NCBI GenBank assembly: GCA_951406725.2
Contig: OX597832.1
Span: 67,642,001-67,706,000 of the forward strand
From: Octopus vulgaris
Taxonomy: Eukaryota
Direction of reading: 5' to 3'
DNA length: 64,000 nucleotides
Shown here: in pieces, positions 1 to 13,999 of the stretch
How positions within the stretch are numbered: position 1 is the first letter of the stretch
How the letters are laid out: each line of letters starts with the position of its first letter
Translations under genes and position numbers: made by a program
Notes under the pieces: model-generated
What the model was told of the DNA's origin: nothing
The model's database searches: none
The model's input: only the letters and a program-made list of their open reading frames with translations

Positions 1-301
1 GCATTTGAACTGGCTCCAGTATCGAATTATAGACATTTGATGATGCTGTTCCTGGTTGCTGGGCTGAATGAAACTCGGAGATGAGAGAAGAGATTATTGT
101 GTGGAGAGGACCTGTCTACAAGTGATACAGATGAGCCAACTTACACAAACAGAGAACATATCAGGATTAAAACAAAACAAGAGCACTCGGAGAGTGCAAA
201 CCTCTGCCGAGCCAACGCCATCGTCCTCTCAACGATTAACCGGAGATGATTTTTAAAATGAGAATATCTCAAATAAACTCGTCTAATCTCACAAGCGAGA
301 A

Positions 302-359
<58 letters not shown>

Positions 360-439
360 GGGGATGAGCGGTATTGGTGTCAAGAAGACCCAAAAGGTGT
401 TGGGTAATGCTAAGTAAGTGCTATGGATAGACTATAGTT

Positions 440-1045
<606 letters not shown>

Positions 1046-1214
1046 TACATCTATTCATTTATGTATTTATTATTATTATGCTTTTGAGAGCTATGTGATA
1101 TTCGTGTTTCTGTTGGCAGATGGTTGTCTAGGTCGCTGCCCACAGAGGTTGGCAGCGGATGTCGCTATGTTTGAAAATGCTACTAAATACTGAACTATTG
1201 TAACTTTAACATGA

Positions 1215-1420
1215 TTATTTATCCTCGGAAATAGTGCTCCATAAAAAGTCTTGCTTGGTGAAGAATTAGTGGGAATGAGGAGTCTGCTAACTGGATAAAG
1301 TAATTTGGACCTGGCATCTACAGGATTGGCTACAATTTTAGATTTGTGTGGTTGGCGGTAGAATCTTCCAGAATTAATTTGCAAGAGGTGGAGTATTGTG
1401 CAACTATGTGTGGAGAAAAT
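1215..1420 (-). mobile_element. Possible decayed Penelope-type RT fragment
   Basis: Minus ORF contains SGRFYRQPHKSKIVANPV, weakly resembling the PLE RT motif FYxLPKIHK...RPIV. Confidence 0.25.
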
Positions 1421-2404
1421 TCTCCAAAATATTAACTAGTATTTGCTTCTAACTTTATATCTAGAATTCCTACTCCGCTGGTATGGTTGAGTCACTCCAG
1501 AGACCTGAACCTGATCTGCAGTGTGAAAAATATGATATAAAACATGTTTTATTTAGCTTTAGTCGGACGGGACGTCAATGCGACTACTATCCAGTTTCTT
1601 GAGAGTATATTTTGTACGAAAACTCATGGACAATAAAGATATGCGTAGTTATCTTCAAGCTGGACTGTAGAAAATTTTGTCAAACTAATCTACTCAAGAC
1701 TTGAACGCTACAAATAGTTTACACCACCAAATCTCTCCGAAGACAAGTGGTAAAGGAAAAAATGGATATACTTTTGATGAAGGATTTCTCAGACTAAAAC
1801 CTAGTATTATCAAATCCAGTTTTCTGTGTGCAAAGGAATATCAGCAGTAAGTAACAATTTCGTATAATCTACATGGAAGTTAAAAGTGTATGTTTGTTAA
1901 CTGAAAATTATACCTAGCAATAGTAATTATCAGAAAACACTGTAAAATATTATGAATAAATTAATCAACCGATTAATTAATTACTTAATTGGCCGACGTT
2001 GTCTACGAACCTACTGTTAGGTTGGAAAAATTTCTTTTCCGGCCAAACTTTTTCTCCAGAAACTATTTTGGTAATCTATTAAAATCTTAAAAGTGCAAGA
2101 TGGAAAATTTAGACATATTTTTAAAGTTACATAAAAATGAAAAGAAGCAGGAACAATAATAAATTCTCATAAATTTAAACATTCGTTTTTAAAAATAGAT
2201 TTATGTGTTTTGAAATAGGTTGACGCTTGGTTTTGTTCACGTTCGATGTTTTGTGAAATCAATGTAATGCATGTGTGTACGAAATCTACATTCAGAAATA
2301 AGCACTAAATATTTTATTTATTATTAATTAATTGTAAAACCTACTATATTTTTATATATCTTTCTCTTTACGGAAATTATATATATATATATATACATAC
2401 ATAC

Positions 2405-2449
<45 letters not shown>

Positions 2450-3164
2450 TATATATTTATATGTATATATATATATGTATATGTATGTATGTATACACAC
2501 ACATGCATAAATATATATATATATATGCATGTATACATACACATACATAAATATATATATATATATATACATGTATGTGTGTGTAAGTGTGTATGTGTAA
2601 TAACTATTATTATTGTTGTTGTTCTTATTACTGTTGCTGCTGTTATCCATCTTTATGATTATTTCTTTTAATTTACTACACAATAATGATCATATTAATA
2701 TTGTTATAAAAATTATAGAAAGAACACTTTTCAAAATCAGAATTTTAGAAATGCAAACGCCAACAACTTTTTCTTTCGTAATTGTATATTTGTATCTTTC
2801 GCAGCTTGACAAAGATGAATCTGCTTTGTATTGAAGTAGGAGAGGATGAATATATTTTCCACTAATTTGCGGTATATAATTTGTATGCTAAAAACACGTA
2901 CATAAATATATATATATATATATAATTCATATTCACACATATACAACGATAGATATATACATACGTATGTGTGTGTGTCAGTGCGTTCGTGTGTCTGTGT
3001 GGGTGTGTTTGTATATAAACTGACATTGTGATTCTATCCTTCAAGCATTTCTATAAAACTACTAACAATCGAATGAATATGAGCACTCGTGTATTATATA
3101 ATGCAAAATACTCAACTCGTCTACACTCTCCTCGCCCTCTTTACTACATTATACATATATATAT

Positions 3165-3445
3165 ATAATCAAAATATGGAACAAGATATCAAGAGGTGAT
3201 GCAGTACAACCGCTTCAAGAATGCAATCATTACATCAATTTAAATGCAGGGTTATCCTCAGCTGCATAAGCAGAATTTTTTTATGATTGCATTGTTCAAT
3301 TAAATGGAGTCGCTTGAAACGGTCGTACTGTATCACCGCTTGATATCCTTTTGCTTATTTGGATTTTATTAATCTTAATTTGAGTTGGACAGATCATACC
3401 GCACTAAGTTGGGTCTTCAACTTAAGTACCTAATTCAACTGACTC
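3165..3445. mobile_element. Fold-back PLE-like family C element with long-stem-II HHR
   Basis: Arms 3168-3267 and 3285-3367 are inverted copies; homologous to 28815-29185; minus-strand ATGCAG-CTGAGGA...GAAG-CGGTTG-TA-CTGCAT at 3199-3267. Confidence 0.6.
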
Positions 3446-4365
3446 TCAGTTATTTCTCTCTCTCTCACTCTCTCTCTCTCTAATATATATACATATGTAT
3501 ATATATATATATATGCGTGTGTGTGTGTGTGTATATATATATATACATATACATACACATATATATATATGCGTGTGTGTGTGTGTGTGTGTGTGCGTCT
3601 GTGTGTATATATATATTTATAACTATATGATGTGGTTACATATAATCTCTTCCTCACAAAAGGTTTTACGCAACTTCCGATACTCTTACTTACCCATCAC
3701 AGACAAAGGGCGATTGCAGCGGTTACATTTCGTATAGAATCTTTGCCTGAACGAACTTTATCGGGTCCAAGGTAAGTGGAAGAACTGGACATGAAATCGG
3801 GAATAAAAGCAATGTTAAATTTGAACGGACATCTTTATGCAGAAGCGCATGTCTTTAATTCATGAGATTAAAAAGGTATTTCTTTGGCATATATTCATAT
3901 ATGTGTGTGTAAGAGAAATATTAGTTTTTATAATGGTAGAATTATAAAGAAATTCTAGTAAAAGTACACTTGCAGCTTTTTAGTGATTATATACAATATA
4001 TAATAATTTTCCCATGTGCATGATTTTCTAAATTATTCAGAGATAAAGAAACGGAGAGCCACGGTTTAATTGTGTCGCGAGACGGCGACATTACTGGAAC
4101 TTGGTATCGCAAGATGTATATTTCTTTTTTGCACCTGAATAATTTGGAAAAGCATGGAATTATGAAACTAGTTAATTTAATTCCAATAAATATCTCCCCG
4201 AAATCTCCAAATGCTGTACCAAATTCTTCAGTTTATGTGTGTGAATATATTTGCTTGTGTTTGTGCGTGTGTGCGCGCGTGTGTGTGTGCGTCTGTGTGC
4301 GCGTGCATGTCGGTGCAATAACAGAAAGCCAATGTGAGATATGTATGAATATATATATATATGGG

Positions 4366-5195
4366 GGGATGTAATGAGATAAAAAAACAAGGCTGTGTAG
4401 ATTTTAGAACATTTATTGCTAGAAGGTCTTACAGCTGTTTCCAGGATATTTATTGTATCCTTTCATCGGAGACGGTGTGAGAGGATGGTTAAATAATAGT
4501 TAATTTAGATACGATACAAAATAGTGAAGGAGGTGGAGGAAAGAAAATAGATACGAGATATGTAGGGATGTTGTATTTGTAGATCCATGTTTTTATGCAG
4601 AATGGTATACATATAAGATTCCAATACCTAATGATTACAATCCAATAGTATTTAAAAATGGTCATTCCAAGTATAGAGTTTATAAGGGTTTTATTTAAAG
4701 TGGCCTAAAAATAGGGAGTGTATTAGTAGAGTCAAATTGAAAACAGGAAGAGAAGAATAAATAAAGAGAAAAAAGAAGGAAAAAAGAAAAAAATAAGAGA
4801 AAAAAAATAAGGGAGAAGAAATTAAGAAGGAAATAATAAAATATTATAAAATAAAAAAAAACAGGAAGAGAGGAACAAAGGAAAGATAGAAAAAAGAAAA
4901 AAAGCAATACAAAGATATAGATAAGGGAAAGTGTACCAGTTTGTGATCAGTGGAGATAATTTGAAAGTAAGAGTGGTAAGATAAAGGGTGATTGAGAAAG
5001 GAAGGTATTAAAGTGTAAAACGATAGAAAGAATGGTGGGGTGATAAAAAGTAAAGGAATGACAAATGTGTAGTGATAGAGTCTAAGTGATGGGGAAGAGA
5101 GAGTTAGTAGTAAGGAATTAAGCATTTAGGAATTTAGATGGTTTGGCAGGTCAGTGATTAGTAATATAAGAAAATATATATGTGAAGATGTATAC
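4366..5195 (-). mobile_element. PLE-like family A element (non-coding, pyrimidine-rich body, 3' HHR, abuts (TA)n)
   Basis: Colinear with 41345-42380 (plus) and 440-742; HHR at 4426-4473. Confidence 0.65.
4426..4473 (-). ncRNA. Minimal type I hammerhead ribozyme motif (family A)
   Basis: Reverse complement: GTCT-CCGATGA-A-AGGATA-caataaa-TATCCT-G-GAAA-C-AGCT-G-TA-AGAC; paired stems I and II, palindromic stem III. Confidence 0.7.
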
Positions 5196-5287
5196 GTATT
5201 AGAATTGTATATATTTATACAAATGTTTATGCATATCAATATCTACGTACACAACACTTACTCGTATGTATATGCACACATGCGCAC

Positions 5288-5332
<45 letters not shown>

Positions 5333-5399
5333 TATATAACTATATATGTGTGAATATATAGTGTGTGTATATATATATAAATGAATTTTTTATATATAA

Positions 5400-5590
5400 T
5401 AACGTGTACAGAGGGACGAACACGGAACACAGACAAATCATTCAAGCCTTATAGTCAGACACCGAATCATCATAGCAAATTTCGGCTGTTCAATTCTGAT
5501 ATTTGCTCAACTCGGCCAGCCCAAGAAAAAACTAAGCTGTAAGCATTAGATTTCTTGGTAGAAGACAGGAATGTGAACGCACAGAGGATG
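5400..5590 (-). mobile_element. Diverged copy of the repeat unit at 55659-55928 / 56453-56747, between (TA)n tracts
   Basis: Shared 'ctaatgct..cagcttagttttttcttgggctggccg...cagccgaaatt' segment. Confidence 0.55.
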
Positions 5591-5604
5591 TATATATATA
5601 TAAA

Positions 5605-5644
<40 letters not shown>

Positions 5645-5823
5645 CGTTGAGAGAGAGAAAAGAGACAGACAGAATCAGTGACCAAGAGAAAAGGAGAAAG
5701 AAGGGATTAAGGAGGATGGGAGGAAGAGGGGAGGAGGATGGGAATATATATGTATATATACATATAATAGAAATATTAAAATTACTAAGTCTCTCTAAAG
5801 GAGATTACGGCAGCGTTACTGGA

Positions 5824-6135
5824 AATTAATAGTTATCGCCATACTTATATGGCAGTCTTATAAATATAAGACTAAAGCTGTCGCTGATTAGCTCCAAGAG
5901 GCCACCGCCTCAAGCTAGCTATTTGACACACAACCTGCGTCCATTATAAACCTTCGAACAGGGAGGTCAACCGCTTCATCCTGCCAGTCAGACAGCTGCA
6001 GACATGTTTCAGGGTATTTGCCCTTTATCAATGCAGCGTAGTCAGACCCAGCAGGTATCGCTACTGACTGTCCCTGTTCGAAGAATATATTTACCTATGC
6101 TGCATTGATAAAGGGCAAATACCCTGAAACATGTA
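5824..6135. mobile_element. Fold-back family B element with two U3-A8 HHR copies (truncated)
   Basis: Homologous to 19128-19650; 5995-6037 and 6099-6135 are inverted copies. Confidence 0.7.
5995..6037 (-). ncRNA. Minimal type I hammerhead ribozyme with U3-A8 core variant
   Basis: Reverse complement: GCTGCA-TTGATAA-AGGG-caaata-CCCT-GAAA-CATG-TC-TGCAGC; perfect stems I and II, GUC triplet. Confidence 0.75.
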
Positions 6136-6149
6136 TGTATATATACACA

Positions 6150-6300
6150 GTTGCCCCGATGAACAGAACAGCTTGCTCGTGAAATTAACGTGCAAGTGAC
6201 TGAGCACTCCACAGAAACGTGTACCCTTAATGTAGTTCTCAGGGGGATTCGGCGCGACACAGAGATTGACAAGGCTAGCCCTTCAAAATACAGGTACAAC
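6150..6300 (-). mobile_element. Partial copy of the CORE-type tRNA-derived SINE
   Basis: Matches 28500-28640 ('cagcttgctcgtgaaattaacgtgcaa...cccttaa'). Confidence 0.75.
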
Positions 6301-7659
6301 AGAAACAAAGTGTGAGAGAAATTTGTGGTGATAGAGGACAGCAGGGATCCCCCCCTACCGGAGTCTCGTGTATGGATATATATATACCCATACATTTATA
6401 TATACCCATACATATATATACCTATATATATGTGTATATATATATGTGTGTGTGTATATATATATAGGGTTACCCAAAAGTAACTGACAACATTTTTGTG
6501 AGACCACCCCAATGTAATTCAAGCTTCCGACGCTTGAAGCCACTTGATGCGACACTGTGGCATCAGTCTGACGACTAGTGTCTTTAACTGAGATCCTAAT
6601 GCCACGTGATGCGGCTTTGTTTTTCAATGATTCGCATGTTTAAACAGGTTTTATATATAAAATAATCAATCGAATTCTATGCAGGTAGTGCCAACATTTT
6701 ATTTATTACATAAGATGAAAACCCAAGTCAAATAAAGATACCCTTCAGAATATTTAAATTTCACGTTCCTAATGTGAATGATATGTTCAATGGAGGAAAA
6801 ATGTATTTAGAAACGTCGAAAATATATTTTGGTAAACTAATATCAAATTTAAGTTTTCAGAGTTCAAAACGAAAATGTATTATAATTTAGTTTGGTCATA
6901 AATTGAGACATTAACAAAAATGAAATTATATGAATTGAAACCTCCCATTTAAAAATAGATAGATTTTTTTCCGAAATGGCTTTTCAAGCTAATTTTTCTG
7001 TGAAATTGCAAATATTTAGTAAATCTTGTTTGAAAATATCCAAACAGAAAATAAAAACATTATTCATTATCATTTAATTTGGAAAACTACTTATATTATA
7101 ATATATCTTTAAGGAAATATTTTCTTCTATCCATTTTATGGCGTTCACTTCTCAAGAGCCTTATTCATTTTTTATGTTAGGGAAAGAACCTATTTTAGAT
7201 GAGGAATTTATAATCCCAGGATTCATATTTTATGTTGCAAATGAGCAACGATAAAGTGATTTGACATTCAATTTACGCAGAATAAGCAAATTCTACATTA
7301 ATTTATCTGCATTAATTTTTATTCATTCTTACACCCACACTCATGCATATAAACGCACATATATGTGTGTGTTTGTGTGCATTAGTATGTGCGTCTGTGT
7401 GAATGTGCAGTTATACACAAATACGCGTATATATGTGCTTGTGTTTATACACAGACATACACGCACACAACAACAACAATCCTGGTTAGAAAAATGGTGT
7501 TCTTTGCATATAGATTGTGCGTTGTATAATATATTTCAAGATACAATCTCCTTCCTGGCAGTATAAGCATTTTAAACGTAACACACCTCAGGGAGGATCA
7601 TTATTAATAACCTGTAACCTGCGACGCTACTATTTACCAATTACTCCCAAGAAGCAATT

Positions 7660-8060
7660 TCTACAAACATACTAAGAGTCGGTTCACCTATGGCATTAAT
7701 GTTTCATTTCTCTCAAGGTTGGGCAAGTACTTGTTTGGGTACCATTTCTCCATCTTTCATTGGGGATAATGAGTTCATATAACCAAATTATAATCGGTTT
7801 TATGTTATGGATAGCACAATAATTCGCCTTTGGCGACGAAGATAACTTTAACCAACATTGCTGATTTGAAATAATTTACACCGAGTTACTTGAACATATG
7901 ATTACATTCGTGCGAAAGAACCTGATACTCCGTAAGTTTTATCTTTAGATTTCATTTCAAGTTTCTTCTTAGTATTTGTTGCATTCGATCGCAGTTCTTC
8001 AGAGCATGTGCTACTGAATTTTGTGCGCATTCTTCGGCACTCTCAATACACACACTTCGA
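7660..8060 (-). mobile_element. Decayed hAT (Charlie/SPIN, GTF2IRD2-like) transposase N-terminal remnant
   Basis: Broken minus-strand frames give LRRNLK..KDK and PMKDGEMV, resembling LRRHYETKH and KPFxDGEFIK. Confidence 0.3.
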
Positions 8061-10059
8061 GGTCTTTTAGGGTTCCAATAAAATTTCTCGCGTTAGTATA
8101 AAGCACCAAATATGAGACGTCAGTATTTTGAAAGCAATTATGGAAAGCAAGACCTTGTTAGCGACAGTGAACCACAAGTTAAATAACTTTCTAGGTCATG
8201 CTTCCAGAAAGATAAACACATAAAAGGAAATGACAAGTCATGTTTTTTTTTAAATCGAAAATATTGATATTATATGCAATTTATATTGTGAAAGCCGCTT
8301 ATTCCGATTATTGCTAATGCATTTATTAAATATATTTTAATATATTTAATATTACATTGATATTTTATAGGATGTTCGACATCTTTCTACTAGGCTACTT
8401 TGTATTGCAATTTTTGCTTTATATTCCAAAATTACTGCTTTGACTTACCTCTATAAATGAGTCAGAGAGCCTGAAGGCGATAAATGACTTAGCGACAGAA
8501 ATTTAGAAATTTAGAGAAATGCATCCGAAATCGTCATTTGCGTCTGAGTCTCCATAATGATTACTGGTAAATAATCATATTTTCCTATAAAATTTCTGTT
8601 GAAGTTATTTTAAATATGTAAAAGGATAAAAGTAGTGGTAGATATGAAAGGATTCGTATTGACACAATCTAAACACACACTCACTGAGGTGTGCGCTTGA
8701 ACAGGCACATACAGACAAACATACGGATTCAAACACATATACACATACAGGAATAAGTAATTTAACACAAGTTAAAAATATCGATCTCGTTTCTCGCCTG
8801 TGTGAACATATTTGTATTTCTAAGTTCAGCATTCTTTAGAAGTAAACGCAATTTTCTATGTTGTTTATTCTGAAGTTGGTTTCTAAAGTATTTGGTAATC
8901 AATTCAATTCCCAATAAAGTCTTAGAGGTTTTTCGAGTGTGAGCTACTTGAAGAATCGATAGTTAAGTAGCAGTCAAACACTTATTTTCATTATTGCAAT
9001 ATTTGACGTAGATATTTCAGTCAAAACACTTCACAAACGTTGTCAGATGTGATGAAGTTTCGTTTCACCCCATATATTTACATTAATACTTATATAGTGT
9101 ATTTACATTGATACTTCACTTTCACAAGAGACTGTATTCAGCCTCAAAAATCTCATTAAATTTTCGTAACATTTGACACAAAGGCGTCTTTTCTGCTGCT
9201 CCTCCTGTTGTTGCATTGTTTTGCTGTTGTTCTGCAGCTTCAACTCTCAATCTTAGTTTATCCGAGTTAGTTTCGACGCCAATCCAGTCACGGTTACTTA
9301 CTCTGTTTGTATTTTCTTCTATCTAGACGTCAAAATCTAACATAACTTCCTTGTTGAAGATTGTAGGGACTCTGTGGACGGAGATTTGTCTGTTATATCG
9401 AGCGACCACGTTTATCTTTTGATGGGAGCATGGAAATTTTCTCTTTAGAATACATTGATGAACCTGTCCAAACCTTGTGTACACATTGAAACCTTGTGTA
9501 CCATTAATTTCAAACTATATCCTACCCTCCTCAAATAAAAGCAGATAGTCTTCGGCGAATTTCGTTGGCTAATGAGCGCCATTGAAATGTTTCATGACGG
9601 TGATTTACATCTCCTGTCAAGACTTCTTTACATACGTCAAGTATCACTTGCAAAAGAAGATGGCGGTAGTGGAGGAGGTACATACACTAAGGACATTTTA
9701 CGAGAGGTTTGTGAGGGGGTTGATTTTATTCAAGTGAAATAGATCAGCATAAAAAATTATGGCTATAGCCATGACATCAAGAATTGCAATAATGTTATTG
9801 GCCTATGATAAGTTAATGGAATTTGGTGTAGCAGTACACCAAATGTGGTTGCTCCTACATTTCAGGGTTATTCTTCTCCTATTATGCTATGTTTCTAATT
9901 ATCCCTGTCTTTCACTATTTCTTCAGTTTTGTAATTTATCACCTGCTGATACATCATATTCACGCCTTATTGTTACTTGTTCGCTGTAAATCTATGTATT
10001 TTGTCTTATCAATGTCCCTAGAGTCATGGACTTTTTACTGATACCAGAATTTATTAGTG

Positions 10060-10077
10060 TTATTATAATTATTATTA

Positions 10078-10149
<72 letters not shown>
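10060..10149. repeat. (TTA)n microsatellite
   Basis: Directly visible; second tract at 10421-10525. Confidence 0.98.
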
Positions 10150-10150
<1 letters not shown>

Positions 10151-10395
10151 TCAGTAATTTTATTTTTATAGCGTGCTTTCACTTCACTACCGAGCGCAGC
10201 TCTGTGTGCCTTGGGTATGTGCTGTGATTTTTTGTGATGCTCTGTTGGTTTCTGTATTGAAAGTGTTTGCGTAGGATGTGTGCAGTGCCCAGTAGTGCAA
10301 TTTTCTGTATGTTATATGTGTTTGTAAGTCGTGGTGTTTTTGTTATGTATTTGTCTGAATAAGTTTTTATCATACCTAATGCACCTACTACTATT
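10150..10395 (-). mobile_element. R4/Dong-clade non-LTR retrotransposon 3' end in (TAA)n
   Basis: Minus translation (VGALG)MIKTYSDKYITKTPRLTNTYNIQKIALLGTAHILRK is a typical C-terminus of the R4/Dong REL ORF; flanked by TAA repeats. Confidence 0.75.
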
Positions 10396-10420
10396 CATCA
10401 TCTTCTTCTTCTTCTTCTTC

Positions 10421-10509
<89 letters not shown>

Positions 10510-11139
10510 TTATCATCATTATTATTGAGTGAGAGAACAAGGCATGCCATCAAAGCGACACTGGGGTACAAATATACGAAGCGCAATATACCCATCTTGA
10601 TGACCCGTCTGATAAGAGTACACCAGACGCATGCATCACAACCGCATATGCGTGACATGGTGATCTCGTATCAAGTTAAACTGCGCATGACCTTCCAGGT
10701 TGAGCCCAGTTAGAATTTCCTTCAGGGTGAGTAGCCCATCCCGCTAAAAAGATCCCTGAATAAGGGTTGTTTAAGGATTTTAAACCAAGCACCCATGTTT
10801 CCAGAGGTGAATTATTCAAACCTCAAATAATTTCTCTCGACACATGGCTATGATTCTACCGCACCACATCTGCTCGTGATCAGAGATGCACATGGCGTCA
10901 GCCACTAAGAGACATGCTCAACTGGTTAAGGTCAGACAGCTGAGAAGCAAATATGTGGTGTTCAGCAGAATATTTGTTGTAGCCTAATTTTTATTCCAAC
11001 ACAAAACATGTATATGATAACATTTTCAATCATTTAAGATCAGAAGCCATGAGAGCAACTGCCTGGTTTTGCATCAAGGTTTTTATTATTTTTTCTTTAA
11101 CACAGGGTTTGTTGGAGCTCCTGAAATTTTGCATGCGTA

Positions 11140-11420
11140 GCGGACTTACTACCGACTGCCTACGATACCATAGTATCCGTTCTTTTCAGCTATCTAATAC
11201 TTTCCAGATTTTTCTGGCCGTGCCAAAGAGGCAAGACTTTTGTAACAGTTCTACATGACACTCTATACCAATTTCCTCTATATTCCTCTTCTTGCCTTCT
11301 GATACTGTTCCCAAGGAACATTATTTTCACTTTCTTCATTTTCCAGTGCCGGGCTATTTCGTACTTAAGAGGGTTGTATCTACGTATCTTCCTGTTATTA
11401 TTATCGGGTAGACACAACTA
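11140..11420 (-). mobile_element. Second, more diverged R4/Dong-like 3' end
   Basis: Minus frames: KIRRYNPLKYEIARHWKMKKVKI and IEEIGIECHVELLQKSCLFGTARKIWKVLDS*. Confidence 0.7.
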
Positions 11421-11515
11421 ATGACCCTTTCGCATTAGTATTGTAGTTCTACCTCATCGATGTATATAGGCCTATGCAACGTTTAACCGAATTTGAACCC
11501 AAGCATTTCTGCTTC

Positions 11516-11750
11516 TTATGGAAGGGTCAGTCCAGGCCAGTCAGTTAGAAAAGCACACTGATGCCACCACTTTTCCGTGACGGCTTTATTAATAATGTGC
11601 AGTAAGGCACTGAGGATGTTATACATGCAGAAATATATTAGCCAGCGCGTCGGTACTCCCAACGACAAAGGAAAGTGAAGTCTTTCGTGTGACGAATCTT
11701 CTCTGTTACGAATCATTCCGTAATTGATCCCATCTCTAAAGAATGTTCAT
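11516..11750 (-). mobile_element. Possible hAT (Ac-like) transposase fragment
   Basis: LSLGVPTRWLIYFCM resembles the hAT motif DVxTRWNSxxxM. Confidence 0.3.
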
Positions 11751-12399
11751 GAAAATCCCTTCGTTTATACTTTTTATTGCAAATAGCTCTTCTTAAGAGT
11801 TAGTAATTTGGACTGAAAAGTTAATAGTTCAAATTCTACATAGACTTGATCTTAGTTCATTTAGTAATTGCTTTGTTAAATTTAATCTTAATAATATAAT
11901 TAAAACCTACAATAATATACTAAATATAATAAAAACTTATAGAACGACCGAAAAAGTTATATCTATCATTACTAATGGTCAGCGCTACTCGCCAGGGTTA
12001 AATAAACTATTCCGGTGCACTTTTATGCATTTCGATAATACAATATACAGCAGAATGTATTTATGTTGTCAGACGATTAATGCAAATGAGTTTATACTAC
12101 AGAGACAATTATTAATTATTTCTTAATTCAATAAATAATTTATCGTTATAATGAGAAAGATGAACTTCAAAACAAAACCTCTCCCTATGTTATGAATCTC
12201 ATACTTACATATTTTCAATTTTACACAATCATACAAACATGTAGACACACTTTTGATGATTATTGAACTTAGTGTAAAACTGACTAATAATATTATTAAA
12301 GTACTATTTCTTAATGAAGATATTTTATCACTAATACAGAAATTGATTGCTTTCTCTTTTCAGTTATCAGGAATATTAAAATTGATTGTTATTGTCTTC

Positions 12400-13207
12400 T
12401 TGACTCTGCTGACAACGTCACAAAGTATTTCATTTGCTATTCGGCCGTATTATCTTTTAATACTTCCTATCATTTGATTCATTTTTTCTAGTTTTAGGCC
12501 ATAAAATATAGCGCCTTAGGTTTCCCCATTTTACAAAACCTTTAGCACGTGGTCTAGTGAACAAGCATATGTTCTCAGTTACCTCGGGCTTTAAGTCATA
12601 GATTCGTCGATTTTCTATCGAAAGAGACCGACGCATAATGATAGTAATTGGGACATTCTCTCGCGTTGGAACTTTGCTTATCCACAAAGTTCTCTTTATT
12701 GTTAAGCGTTGCGGATTCATGGAAAAGGTTTATAAAAGCAAACAATCAGTCTTTTGAAGAATATGATTTTTCACTAAACTAGATGTGCAACATTAATAAA
12801 AGATTTCTTTTATTTAAGCACTTTCCAGTCAGTTACAAATTTATGTGTAACATTTCTGGTGTTTATGATAAATGTGATTTTAATTACCACCAATATTAAT
12901 ATTTAACATTTTCTATGTGAATATTTCTTGTGCATGTATTGAGAAATTCTTTCACCTTGAAACAGTACTGATAACAATCCAGGTTAACCTCATTGGAGGA
13001 AAATTCTGAAAACCCATTCTGAATTATTTTTTTTATTTCGGTTATGATTTCACATCTACAGTAAAACATGAGGATAAATTTTTCCTTCTCAAAGTTTAGT
13101 CTCATTTTGACTTTTAATTATAAGAAATTTTATGCAAAGTACGAGAAAATATATTTAGTACGATATGGGCTTTAGTAATGTGTATACATTTTTGGACACA
13201 CTCTGTA
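12400..13207 (-). mobile_element. Decayed Tc1/mariner-type element 5' part with TIR-like end
   Basis: Minus-strand end 'tacagagtgtgtccaaaaatgtatacac' (13179-13207) is a TA-CAG-type TIR; weak HTH-region similarity; 12860-12910 recurs at 14600-14650. Confidence 0.35.
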
Positions 13208-13543
13208 GAATTAGAAATTCGAATTGCATTTCTCACATCAGGAAATATAGTCTTATTTACTATTGTGAACCATGTAGCTATATCTCACAGCACTCCAGAT
13301 GGTGAGCCGAACTGTTTAGGAAAAAACGTAATAAAATGTCGTGTGAATGGAGGATGGGGGTCACCTCTCATATACTAAATAATATATTTGGGGTAAATAG
13401 CACATTAAATCATCCTTTTTAACTACTAGGACTATAACAACGGGTTTAGAATGAACGATAGACGAGGCTATCTTTCAATTCTTTTTTGTTTTTCTATTAA
13501 TATCCCAAACTGCCTCACAGTACAAATAAGACTTGTAACTAGT

Positions 13544-13763
13544 TCTTTTATTCTTTTATTCTTTTACTTGTTTCAGTCATTTGACTGCGGCCATGCTGGA
13601 GCACCGCCTTTAGTCGATCAAATCGACCCCGGGACTTATTCTTTGTAAGCCCAGTACTTATTCTATCGGTCTGTTTTGCCGAACCGCTAAGTGACGGGGA
13701 TATAAACACACCAGCATCGGTTGTCCAGCAATGCTAGGGGGACAAACACAGACATACAAACCT

Positions 13764-13798
<35 letters not shown>

Positions 13799-13973
13799 AT
13801 ACATATACACGACGGGCTTCTTTCAGTTTCCGTCTACCAAATCCACTCACAAGGCTTTGGTCGGCCCGGGTCTATAGCAGAAGACACTTGCCCAAGATGC
13901 CACGCAGTGGGACTGAACTCGGAACCATGTGGTTGGTTAGCAAGCTACTTACCACACAGCCACTCCTGCGCCT
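13544..13973 (-). mobile_element. tRNA-derived SINE family 1 (Octopus OK/OR-like), full length with internal (CA)/(TA) tract
   Basis: Minus 5' head aggcgcaggagtggctgtgtggtaag (A box)...ggttccgagttcagtccc (B box); short tandem tail; six copies in window. Confidence 0.9.
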
Positions 13974-13999
13974 GTTCTTTATTATTATAAATCATTTTA

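Noticed and set aside
68-256. 62 aa ORF of ordinary composition at the window start
   Set aside because: No recognisable motif; upstream frames are interrupted by stops; no splice context visible
3663-3771. Possible plus-strand exon ending ccaag|gtaagt
   Set aside because: Open frame but no recognisable protein and no partner exons
13900-13973. tRNA-like A/B boxes (also 28690-28770, 41551-41630)
   Set aside because: SINE heads; no complete cloverleaf
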